Source: Octopus sinensis
Lineage: Eukaryota
Assembly (NCBI RefSeq): GCF_006345805.1
Contig: NC_043011.1
Location: 26,734,464 to 26,798,463, forward strand
DNA length: 64,000 nt
Direction: 5' to 3'
A model generated the notes under the pieces. The model was not told the origin of the DNA and did not search any database. It saw only the letters and a program-made list of their open reading frames with translations. The position numbers and the translations under genes were made by a program. Position 1 is the stretch's first letter. Each line of letters opens with the position of its first letter. Positions 41,501 through 64,000 of this stretch are shown here, piece by piece.

Positions 41501-44500
41501 TATTACCAGCATGCGTGCCTTTTATGTGTTACTGACACAGATATATCTAAAGATAAATCAAATTTGGACAAAATTATAAATGAATATAAATGATCTGTAT
41601 CAGTCATGGGCAAACAGTGGGCTGCAGGCTTTTCTGAATGGCAAGACTAAATGAGTTATGAGAGATGAATATATTTATTTCACTAGTTGATATCCATAGG
41701 ATGACAGCTGTTTTACATGTCTACACTAATATGCCTGCTAGACACGGCATAGTACTATTGAACATTTACAAATTAAGGTAGATATTGAAGGCTAGCTCTT
41801 CAGATCAGCAGAACATCCTGGTTACATCAATTTTTCAACTCTGTTATATACATACGAAAGTCATCTTTATAAAATAGGAAGTTTATTGAGGCAGATTTTC
41901 TGTGGGACTGAACCTGAAACTATGTGGTTAACAAGCACATACATGCGTGCATGCATACACACACACACACATGCACGTGCGCACGCGACAGGATCCCACA
42001 CAGTTTCTGCCTACCAGATTCCCTCACAAAGCATTGGTTGGCCTAGGACTATATTAGAAATCACTTTGCTCAAGGTTCTGTGCAGTGGGACTGAACCTGA
42101 AACCACATGATTACAAAGTGAGCCTCTTAAACATACAGCCAGGCCTAAGTTTCTCCACATCTATTACTGTTGCTGTTTTTCTGTTACCACTACTGTTGCA
42201 TTATTCTCCTTGATTTCAGGTTCTCTCATGAAGGTGTATGGAGACATAAACTGAATACATTTGTAGACTTTCCAACAGAAACTTTGGATATGAGCAATTA
42301 TGTGTGCAGCAGTAACTCAAAGTCGCTTTACCAATTATATGCAGTTTCGGTAAGACATTTTTTTTAAAATTTAAAATCTAAACACATTTTTAGATATCAT
42401 TACCATTAACCATGAACTTTTTAAAAATCCAAACAAAGTTCTTTAATTCCATTTTTATTTAACCTTGAGAAATTTCATTTAATTCTTATTTTTCTGTTCT
42501 CTCTCTTTTAGAATCATTATGGAACCATGAAAGGAGGACATTGTAAGTATTTGTTTTTGTCCCCACTTCCATTCAGTGATTCTTCATGCAGGATAAGATT
42601 GCAAACCAGGGTCATTTGTATGATTAAATTAGATTATTATTTTTCTTAATAAAATGCGAATCATTAACTATTAAAAATGTCTGCTGCCAAACATAGTGAA
42701 TAATAATAAATTATGTTCTGTAAATTGTTGAATTCTTGGGGCCTCACTAAAAGCTTCATCTTAAGCAGTAGACCAAGAGGGCTTTGCCTGCAATAGCACT
42801 ACTTTCTTGAACATCAATGAATAATTTCTGTTCAATATTGCAAGCTAAGAAAATTATATTTCTTGATGGTTCTGTTTATAAATAGGTGTATTGCACCGGA
42901 ACTTTTTTCTTAAACACAATACTTTGCTTCTGGTTGGTGACAGTCAGTCAGTCATTGTAGTGATTTATAAGATGGAGTGCTGAAAAGTTCCTGGCTTTGG
43001 GTAAAATTAAAAAGAGGAAGATCAGTTACTCTTTTACTTGTTTCTGTCATTTGACTGCGGCCATGCTGGAGCACCGCCTTTAGTCGAACAAATCAGCCCT
43101 AGGTCTTATTCATTGTAAGCCTAGTACTTATTCTATCATTATCTTTTGCTGAACCGCTAAGTTACAGGAACGTAAACACCAGTATTGGTTGTCAAGCTAT
43201 GTTGGGGGGACAAACACACACATATCTATATATATACATATATACAACAGGCTTCTTTCAGTTTCCGTCTACCAAATCTGCTCACAAGGCTTTGGTTGGC
43301 CTGAGGCTATAGTTGAAGACACTTGCCCAAGGTGCCATGCAGTGGGACTGAACCCGGAACCATGTGGTTGGTAAGCAAGCTACTTACCACACAGCCACTC
43401 CTGAGTTAATTATGATTTTATTCAATGTATTACCATCTCAGATTCACACACTCATTGCAGCAGTCTTTCAGTTTTTCTAAGCCCTGTGAAAGAACTCAGA
43501 AGGTTGGGCCTCCAACCAAGCCTTTCACGATACCCTTAAAGCCAGGAACTTTTCAGGTGTGAAAAGTTTAGTAAATATCTTGGACTGCTTTTTAAGCCTT
43601 TAGCATTCACACTGTTCTGTCAAATGAAATGCTTATTATTTATTCACATTGTTTTGAATTGAACTTGCATTATCTTCTGAGCTTTAAGATTTTGATGATG
43701 TAAGAGTATATTTTTAGATTGACACTGTAGGGTAGGTGTGAAAGGCTGGATCTGGTTTGTTTGAACATAAAACATGTAGAATATCTGGGCCAGGTATGGC
43801 CAGATTAAATGCTAAATGATTAAAATTATTTTCACTGTTCCCATTTTTGTTTTTAGATATTTCATTCTGCAAGAACCCGTCATTAAGAAAATGGTACAAA
43901 TTTGATGATCAGGAAATCTCTGAAATGACTGGACCAGAAGTAAAGGTGAGTCATGAAAAAAGGAAAACGAAAGACTAAAAATATGTTATTCTTTTAGATT
44001 AAACCATAAAATATAAGACACTACATTTCTCAGGTTCAAGCATTGAAATAAAGCAGTCTTCATTAATAAAGTTTGTGTGGGTAATTGATAAAATATTTCT
44101 GCTTTCTTAATTTGGCACTTGAGCAAAGAATGTACCTACATACTTTAAAATATTTGTTTTTAAAATTACATGAAAATGTTGAAATTTACTAATCCATTTT
44201 ATATTGGTTCCAAATTTTCGTACAAGACCAGTAATTTCAAGGAAGAGGCAAGTTGATCATATTGACCTCAGTGCTTAACTGGTACTTATTTTTTCAACCC
44301 TGAAAGAGATGAAAGGCAAAGTTGAGCCCAGTGGAATTTGAACTCAGGACGTAAAGACCGACAAAATGTTGAGCCTCTTGCCTGGCATTCTAACGATTCT
44401 GCTAGCTTCCTGCCTTCTAATCCATTTCATATTGACTTGAAAAAATACATCTAAAATTATTACCTCTGCCTTAGCGAAGGCAGAGGTATTGTTTTCAGTC

Positions 44501-46219
44501 ATGTTTGTTTGTTTGTCCATGGACAAAATATCTCAAGAACTGTTGGATGGATTCAGATGAAACTTTCAGGGATGTTTGGCCTCGTGACTGGTACAAACTG
44601 ATTAGATTTTGGGATCAATCTGGTACTGGACAAGTATTCTGGATTATTTTTCCTGTTTTTGCACTTAATTTTTGAGAGTGATTTTTAGCATTCTCGCTTG
44701 TGAGAGCAGTCAAGTTTATTTCAGATATTCTCATTTTAAAAATCATCTCTGGTTAATCATTGAGAGAATGTTGGTGTTGCCTTGGTGAAGGTTTGCACTC
44801 TCGGACTGCTCTTGTTAACATTGTCATCATTAAGAAAAGATCATGATAGTCTTTTATTCTTTTACTTGTTTCAGTCACTGGACTGCAGCACTGCATTGAA
44901 GGTTTGAGTCTGTCAGTTCAATTCCCGTAGTTATTTTAAATCTGGTACTTATTCTGTCAATCACTTTTTGCCAGACTGCTAAGTCACAAGTTACAAACAA
45001 GCCAATTCTGGTTGTCAAGCAGTGAGAGATAAAAACAAGTGCATGTGCATGCACACACATACACGACATGCTTTTGTGCAGTTTCCATTTATCAAATTCA
45101 CTCACAAGGCATTGGTTGGCCTGGTGCTATTGCACAAGACATTTGCCCAGTGTGCTCTGATGTGGGAATGAACCTGATACCACATAGTTGCAAAGCTAAC
45201 TTCTTAACCACACAGAAGCTTAGGCTTTTTTTTTTTGTTTGTTTGTTTTGCTTCACATTTTTGTGTCCTGAATTAGTTTAAGCTAACCAACTCAACCATA
45301 GCTGATAACATATATCAACTATGTTGTGCCCCTTTTCGTGAAGACAGAATTATCTTTTACTTGTTTCAGTCATTAGACTGCAGCCATGCTAGGGCACTGC
45401 CTTAAAGAACTTTTAGTTGAATGAATTGACCCCCATATTTTTTTCTTTTAAGCTGGGTACTTATATTGACCTCTCTTGCCAAACCGTTAAGTTATGTGGA
45501 TACCAACACACATGGTTATCAAGCAGTGGTGGGGGACAGATGCAAAGACACACACACACACATATCTGTCTATCTAGCTTATCTGTCTTATCCAAACATG
45601 TTATCATAAAATACATAGAAGAATGTTTATATTTATGAACAAGTCACAATGATAACTAAGAGGGTTTCAAAACACTTACATGTTTAGAGATAGCAGTCAA
45701 AACTGCTATAAAGCCTTTTAAATCACTCATATTGTTTCTCTTCACGATAAAAGCTGTCTGTGGGCGACATGACAAACAGAATCCACAACTTAAAAATAAC
45801 AGGTTAATTCCCTATTGCAATTTCAACGTTAGGGACCTATTAAGGGGCCCATTTGTTTCTTCAGGGGAATATTCCTGTAGATAGAAATCAAAACAAGGCC
45901 TTACCTTGGGGCTAACATGTATCCCGACTGGCAAGAGAAATGTGTCAACTTCTATCTACACATTCACGTTATGAATTCAAATGTCCCTTAATAGGTCCTT
46001 AACATCGAAATTGCAATTGGGAATTAACCAGTTATTTTTAAGTTGTGGATTCTATTTGTCATGTCGCCTGCAGACAGCTTTTATTGTGAAGAGAAATAAT
46101 ATGAGCGATTTAAATGGCTTTATAGTGGTTTTGACTGATATTTCTAAATATGTTAGGGTTTTAAAACCCTCTTAGTTATAATTGTGATTTGTTCATAATT
46201 ATAAGCAGTCTTCTTCTTT

Positions 46220-46253
<34 letters not shown>

Positions 46254-46831
46254 ATATATATGACAGGCTTCTTTCAGCTTCTGTCTACCAAATCCACTCA
46301 CAAGGCTTTGGTTGGCCACAGACTATAGTAGAAGACACTTGCCCGAGGTGCCATGCAGTGGGATTGAACCTGCTTCTTACTACCCTGAAAAATATATATT
46401 TATGTGTTGATCAGTTCACATTTCTCCATAAGGAACATAGGGCTGGTTTCCCGGGCATATATATTCCTCTCGGGATGGGACGCTGGTCCGTCACAGGAGT
46501 ACTCTTTTTTTTTTACTGACTGAGTGAACTGGAGCTACATGAAATGAAGTACTCAAGAGTCACAACACATCGTCTGTTCCAGGAATCGAAACTACAATAT
46601 TATGATCACGAGTCCAACACCCTAACCACTAAGCCATGTACCTCCACATATTTATATGTATTAGAGACAAATTTAAGTGTGTATAATAGGAAATAGGAAA
46701 AGAAAAGAGGTCCTATTTTGTAATTTTGCTAAATGCCTTAACTGTTACTTCAACAATATTTTTTTTCCTTCTTTCAGACATCTGCTGCTTTTGTCCTGTT
46801 CTATTCCAACAAAAATTTCTTCAAAGACTAA
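676..46831 (+). CDS. USP8: Ubiquitin carboxyl-terminal hydrolase 8 (USP8/UBPY), spliced gene, 5'-partial (MIT-domain exons upstream of window); 17 exons listed below
   Basis: Hand-joined exons give one open frame: rhodanese ([19 protein letters not shown]), PxV/I-D/N-RxxKP motifs, [20 protein letters not shown], Cys box [20 protein letters not shown], His box GGHY, KFDD. All introns GT-AG with matching phases. Confidence 0.97.
1262..2530 (-). mobile_element. Decayed near-full-length Tc1-family DNA transposon
   Basis: ~29-bp imperfect TIRs (cagggtttggaaaacataatagaaagacc / taggagttggacaaaataatggaaacacc) flanked by TA; HTH ORF 1951..2292 ([11 protein letters not shown]); broken FQDNNAP...[11 protein letters not shown] catalytic region with stops at 1505-1630. 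Confidence 0.9.
2835..2979 (+). CDS. USP8: USP8 exon, rhodanese domain part 2 ([32 protein letters not shown]...)
   Basis: ttcag acceptor, gtaagt donor at 2980; phase 0 to 1; missed by ORF track; LEGGY motif. Confidence 0.95.
4850..5400 (+). mobile_element. Decayed RTE-type LINE reverse transcriptase fragment (other RTE pieces ~7690-7880 -, 22560-22860 +, 22930-23440 -, 36040-36310 +, 39770-40000 +)
   Basis: Remnant motifs [20 protein letters not shown](E/K)KAF; RRLCWYGHV...GRGCPRKMW at 22593. Confidence 0.65.
6648..7597 (-). mobile_element. Internally deleted mariner transposon
   Basis: ~30-bp TIRs (..gctgaaaagtt..) with TA on both sides; [22 protein letters not shown] (7165..7398); [11 protein letters not shown] first catalytic Asp motif near 6940-6975. 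Confidence 0.88.
8956..9499 (+). CDS. USP8: USP8 exon, long linker with SH3-binding motif PVINRALKP (9084-9110) and coiled-coil start
   Basis: tctag acceptor, gtaagt donor at 9500; T|TG joins to give SPSLDFDYP; phase 1 to 2; ORF 8955..9503. Confidence 0.93.
12129..12544. mobile_element. ~415-bp non-autonomous element with ~28-bp TIRs and internal TTAGGG repeats
   Basis: atcttttcggtttgaacagcagtttttt vs aaaaaaactaccgttcaaaccgaaaagat; gggttagggttagttagggg at ~12231-12250. Confidence 0.75.
12950..13160 (+). repeat. Compound (AGC/AGT)n trinucleotide repeat, ~70 units (smaller one on the same pattern at ~62682-62790)
   Basis: Alternating runs of agc and agt; gives the poly-Ser ORF 12903..13202. 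Confidence 0.95.
13190..13385 (-). mobile_element. SINE family B, tRNA-like head (also ~5990-6115, 8195-8370, 16125-16290, 31120-31325, 35020-35190, 44220-44420, 54470-54590, 60315-60520)
   Basis: ggcaagctggcagaattgttagcac...gagttcaaattc (A/B-box-like) and gacctcggcgg/gaaaggatgaaaggc core. Confidence 0.85.
14495..14591 (+). CDS. USP8: USP8 linker exon ([32 protein letters not shown])
   Basis: Long T tract + ctag acceptor, gtaatt donor; phase 2 to 0, fits neighbours. Confidence 0.8.
16524..16752. mobile_element. TTAA-flanked piggyBac-type MITE, family 1 (also ~11241-11486, 24317-24546, 33062-33258, 34155-34383, 43592-43823, 48811-49004 inverted)
   Basis: ttaa-ccctttag ... ctaaaggg-ttaa termini with shared internal sequence. 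Confidence 0.85.
17510..17830 (+). mobile_element. CR1-type LINE 3' end with longer 3' UTR (inverted copy at ~26665-27005)
   Basis: Same ORF2 tail as 18060-18450, then ~130-nt extra UTR, (att)n tail. Confidence 0.8.
18060..18450 (+). mobile_element. CR1-type LINE 3' end (ORF2 C-terminus + short 3' UTR + (att)n tail)
   Basis: ORF 18089..18382: [10 protein letters not shown]...[18 protein letters not shown]. Confidence 0.85.
19197..19597 (+). mobile_element. SINE family A, full length with central microsatellite (also 1048-1260+2531-2590, 15005-15402 -, 21703-22110 -, 43029-43403 -, 53441-53925 +; partials at 5780, 27855, 28590, 34680, 41890, 44850, 45350, 46262, 47805, 51440)
   Basis: aggagtggctgtgtggtaag..gggttcagtccc head, (TA/TG)n core, ..gactgaaacaagtaaaagag tail, repeated throughout window. 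Confidence 0.9.
22200..22480. mobile_element. Possible Penelope-like element fragment
   Basis: CpG-rich segment ending gacattcgatgccttcaatcttcagtcaagaaccggatcatcc resembles PLE pseudo-LTR sequence; from memory only. Confidence 0.35.
23687..23981 (+). CDS. USP8: USP8 linker exon ([20 protein letters not shown]...[11 protein letters not shown])
   Basis: Pyrimidine tract + aag acceptor, gtaagg donor; phase 0 to 1; contains ORF 23786. Confidence 0.82.
25266..25483. mobile_element. Mariner-type MITE, intact copy
   Basis: TIR ggggtgctgaaaagttcctggc / gccaggaacttttcagcacccc, TA ends. Confidence 0.85.
25679..25840 (+). CDS. USP8: USP8 exon encoding WW domain ([31 protein letters not shown])
   Basis: tgcag acceptor, gtcagt donor; 162 nt, phase 1-1; W..YY..W.PP pattern. 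Confidence 0.93.
27414..27570 (+). CDS. USP8: USP8 exon with 14-3-3 motif RSHSSP (27479-27496) and SH3-binding motif PIVDRSTKP (27542-27568)
   Basis: tgcag acceptor, gtaagg donor; phase 1 to 2; matches human LKRSYSSPDI region. Confidence 0.95.
29104..29191 (+). CDS. USP8: USP8 exon ending [10 protein letters not shown] (acceptor 29104, or in-frame alternative 29134)
   Basis: RNLNPVFG is diagnostic for USP8; gtaagt donor at 29192; two phase-2 acceptors possible. Confidence 0.85.
29560..29692 (+). mobile_element. HINE/DINE-1-like 3' fragment (similar ~32685-32765)
   Basis: aaatttgaacgcaatcgg...(cagacaga)n...ttttatataataga terminus. Confidence 0.5.
30254..30384 (+). CDS. USP8: USP8 catalytic domain, Cys box (catalytic Cys TGC 30293-30295)
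   Basis: [21 protein letters not shown]; ttcag / gtcagc; phase 0 to 2. Confidence 0.98.
33504..33609 (+). CDS. USP8: USP8 catalytic exon ([35 protein letters not shown])
   Basis: tccag / gtaatg; phase 2 to 0; KALW.GQY motif. Confidence 0.96.
34384..34607. mobile_element. TTAA-flanked MITE, family 2 (related pieces ~6490-6622, 10605-10830)
   Basis: ttaa-ctcttttgatacc ... gtaacgaaaggg-ttaa; abuts the family-1 copy at ttaattaa. Confidence 0.7.
35850..35954 (+). CDS. USP8: USP8 catalytic exon, QHDSQEF box
   Basis: tgcag / gtaagt; 105 nt, phase 0-0. Confidence 0.96.
37467..37589 (+). CDS. USP8: USP8 catalytic exon ([10 protein letters not shown]...[18 protein letters not shown])
   Basis: ttcag / gtatgc; phase 0-0; AW..Y...N.SII..LFQ motif. 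Confidence 0.95.
39471..39584 (+). CDS. USP8: USP8 catalytic exon, first Zn-binding CxxC ([12 protein letters not shown]...YLSLPIP)
   Basis: tttag / gtaaga; phase 0-0. Confidence 0.96.
40925..41067 (+). CDS. USP8: USP8 catalytic exon, second CxxC ([10 protein letters not shown]...CPQC...[13 protein letters not shown])
   Basis: cccag / gtatga; phase 0 to 2. Confidence 0.96.
42220..42349 (+). CDS. USP8: USP8 catalytic exon ([18 protein letters not shown]...YQLYAVS)
   Basis: ttcag / gtaaga; phase 2 to 0. Confidence 0.96.
42512..42542 (+). CDS. USP8: USP8 31-nt exon carrying His box [10 protein letters not shown](Y); catalytic His CAT 42539-42541
   Basis: tttag / gtaagt; phase 0 to 1. Confidence 0.95.
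42971..43556. mobile_element. Same mariner-type MITE interrupted by a SINE (43029-43403)
   Basis: Both TIRs present; agtta duplicated at 43024-43028 and 43404-43408. Confidence 0.85.
43857..43945 (+). CDS. USP8: USP8 catalytic exon ((Y)[29 protein letters not shown])
   Basis: tttag / gtgagt; phase 1 to 0; WYKFDD acidic catalytic motif. Confidence 0.96.
44457..44815. mobile_element. Helentron-associated (HINE/DINE-1-like) non-autonomous element
   Basis: 5' hairpin cctctgccttagcgaaggcagagg, (gttt)n microsatellite, 3' gccttggtgaaggtttgcactctc sub-terminal motif; layout typical of HINEs. Confidence 0.6.
45628..46204. mobile_element. Long-inverted-repeat (foldback/MITE) element, ~228-bp arms
   Basis: 45628-45855 is the reverse complement of 45977-46204 with scattered mismatches. 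Confidence 0.85.
46778..46831 (+). CDS. USP8: USP8 terminal coding exon ([17 protein letters not shown])
   Basis: ttcag acceptor; SAA(Y/F)(I/V)LFY C-terminal USP motif; TAA 46829-46831. Confidence 0.95.
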   Translation, partial: TSAAFVLFYSNKNFFKD

Positions 46832-47083
46832 GAGATGGGAGTTAATTGACAAAATGAAGGTCGTTTTTTTTAAGTAAAAAAGGACCCGAGTAAGAATGAC
46901 AACCCTGAGTGAAGACAACAATTTCATCTATTTGCAAATAATGTTTACAAAAAAACTTTATGCAAATATCAATATTTGGAGAAATGTCTGGAGGATGTAT
47001 ACATCTGTGGAGAAAAATATTGTAAAGTTAATGCAATGAAACAAACCAAAAAGAAATTTAAAATATGTTTTCATTTTTATTCC

Positions 47084-47160
47084 AATAAATCAAATAAAAG
47101 AATTATTTGATATAATAAAAAGATTTTTTATTTTTATTTTTTATTTTATTTTAATTATTC
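47084..47160 (+). terminator. Likely USP8 polyadenylation region
   Basis: AATAAA at 47084, 47093 and 47114 followed by T-rich tract, ~250 nt after the stop. Confidence 0.6.
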
Positions 47161-49102
47161 TATTTAAATTATTCTTATTTCCAGAAGTTATTTCAAAGTA
47201 TAAAAGGTTAAAAAAATACTTTTTTCTTTTTCTAGTTTCAGTTATTTGACTGTGCCCCCTTTAAATGGTTTTAGTTGATTATATTGACTCAGTTCTTATT
47301 TCAGTCAAGTATCTATGTTAGTGGTTGCTATTTGTCAACCTGCTAAGTTACAGGATATAAACTGTAAAGAATAAACAACAACAGTTTTTGGGCTAGTGTA
47401 AGCACGAATACAGAAAACACAGTCAGACACACATGCAGATGCACATATCTTCTGTAATTTCACATGGACCAATAGCTTAGAAGTGGATGTGTACATCTCT
47501 ATGTACACGTGCCACAGTGGGGATCAAACCTTGAAGCATTTGGTTGTGTAAGAAACTTATATTTACAAATGCAGAAGGAAAATTAGAGTAAAAGTGACCA
47601 AGTGAAATATAAAATGGCTTTCGATAAGTTGAAAAGATTATAGGATTCATATGTTATCAGGAATTTTCAGAGGTGGGGAGAATGTAGATAATTATCTTGG
47701 TGTGATATTGAGAAGATGGAAAATTAAAAGTGTTATTAGAACAAATATTGATGATTTCTAGTTATTGAAAATCCTCACTAATTATCAACTATCACAGACA
47801 GGCCTAGGCATGGTTGTATGGTAAGAAGTCCACTTCCCAACCACAAGACTATAGGTTCAGTCTCACTGCATGGCACCTCGGGTAAGTGTCTTCTACTATA
47901 GCCTTGGGCCGATCAAAGCCTTGTGAGTAAAACTGAAAGAAGCTTGTATATGCATGTGTATGTGAGTGTGTGTATATTTGTATCTCCTTGTCTTGATATC
48001 ATGTGATAATCGTAAATTGATAGTCACTGTCATAAAAGCAGTATCATTCATTTCCGGTATCCTTTGAGAACATGTCTGACCATGAAGAAATATTACCTTG
48101 CTTCGAAACAGGTGAATGTTGGTAACAGGAAGAGCATCCAGCCATAAAAAAATTCACCCAAATTCAACTCCATCTAACTCATGCAAGCATAAGAAAATGG
48201 AAATTAAAATGATAATGATGATGAATTCTTTAATCAAAATATAACCCAAAATAAACTTATCTGATCTCCTTATCTTTCTGTTCCAGAATTTCAAAAACTT
48301 AACACTAAAATTTGCACATATTGAACTTTTGAAGTTATCTGGCACTCATGCAGTTTAAATTTTTATTATTACTTACAAATGCACATCAGAGAATCAAGTA
48401 AATGAAATCCTTTACTATCTGTTACCTCCTACAATCGTCCTTCAAGAGAAAACCTCTGCCTCACTTTTTCCTTAAAGTTGGAAGACCATTACATTATTGG
48501 TCATCACATATGCTATTTTTAAGCTAAATCCAGGCCAAAGAGTAAATATTCCATTATATTTTGAAATATTCCTGATGTTAACCTTAAAATGTAAATTTGA
48601 AAGAAACCAATTCATCATTTACAAGTGAGATTTTATCATAATACCTGTCTTGCCAACATGTCTGTCAATTTGCAATTTTTGCATCAAGTAAATGAAATCC
48701 TTTACATATGATTTCAACTCTCTGTTGCCTCCTACAATCATCCTTCAAGAGAAAACCTCTTGCAAATTTACAATGGATATGGGAACTAACTTCTCTTTTG
48801 TAAATTTTTGAAAACCCTTTAGCATTTAAACTAGCCAAAATATTTTGCCTCACTTATGTTCAAACTGGCCAGACCTAACATTTCACACCTACCATACAAT
48901 GTTATTCTAAAAACAAAAAAATAACATCATCAAAATCTTGAAACCAGGAGATAATACATGATTAATTCAAAACTGACAGAATAATCTGAAATCTAAAGGC
49001 TTAATCCACTCCTGATTGCATGGAAAAACTGAAAAAAAAAAAAGTGTTAAGTGAATAGTATTGTTGAAATTAACATAGTCAGAAGATTAACCAAGCAATA
49101 AA

Positions 49103-63781
<14,679 letters not shown>

Positions 63782-64000
63782 CTACAGTAGAAATTAAAAG
63801 CAAAAATAGTGGTGTTACGAAAAAAAGTCCCGTTTTGTAAATATAAATTGACTAACAACTGTGATCAGCTGAGGTCAGTTTAACTTCTTAATGTGTATCT
63901 CATATCTCCCTCTTGCTATCTCTCCCCCACATCTCCTCATCACAGCCTTCACCCATCTCCCCACTGTATTCACTTTAACCCCCCACACACACACACACTT

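Overview
AT-rich, microsatellite- and SINE-dense eukaryotic genomic DNA. The repeat families and gene architecture point to an octopus or other coleoid cephalopod; this is inference, not database-checked. Two intron-rich genes converge tail-to-tail. (1) On +, USP8/UBPY (deubiquitinase): 17 coding exons reconstructed by hand from 676 to the stop at 46831, all with AG/GT boundaries and consistent phases. They cover the rhodanese domain, two SH3-binding motifs, a WW domain, the 14-3-3 motif and the full USP catalytic domain; the 5' MIT-domain exons lie upstream of the window. (2) On -, a coiled-coil gene resembling FLACC1/ALS2CR12: 8 phase-consistent exons from 63781 to the stop at 49103, with its 5' end beyond the window. 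Introns hold decayed Tc1 and mariner elements, several MITE families (TTAA/piggyBac-type, mariner-type, Helentron-like), CR1 and RTE LINE fragments and at least four SINE-like families. The most unusual structure is a ~2.7 kb foldback higher-order array (56620-59325) in a FLACC1-like intron. It consists of palindrome-containing 35-bp repeats punctuated by seven ~110-125 bp cassettes derived from a SINE 3' end, with two orientation flips. A ~575 bp long-arm hairpin element sits in the last USP8 intron. Repeat coordinates are approximate (about 10 nt). No prokaryotic genes, CRISPR array or true tRNA/rRNA genes are supported.
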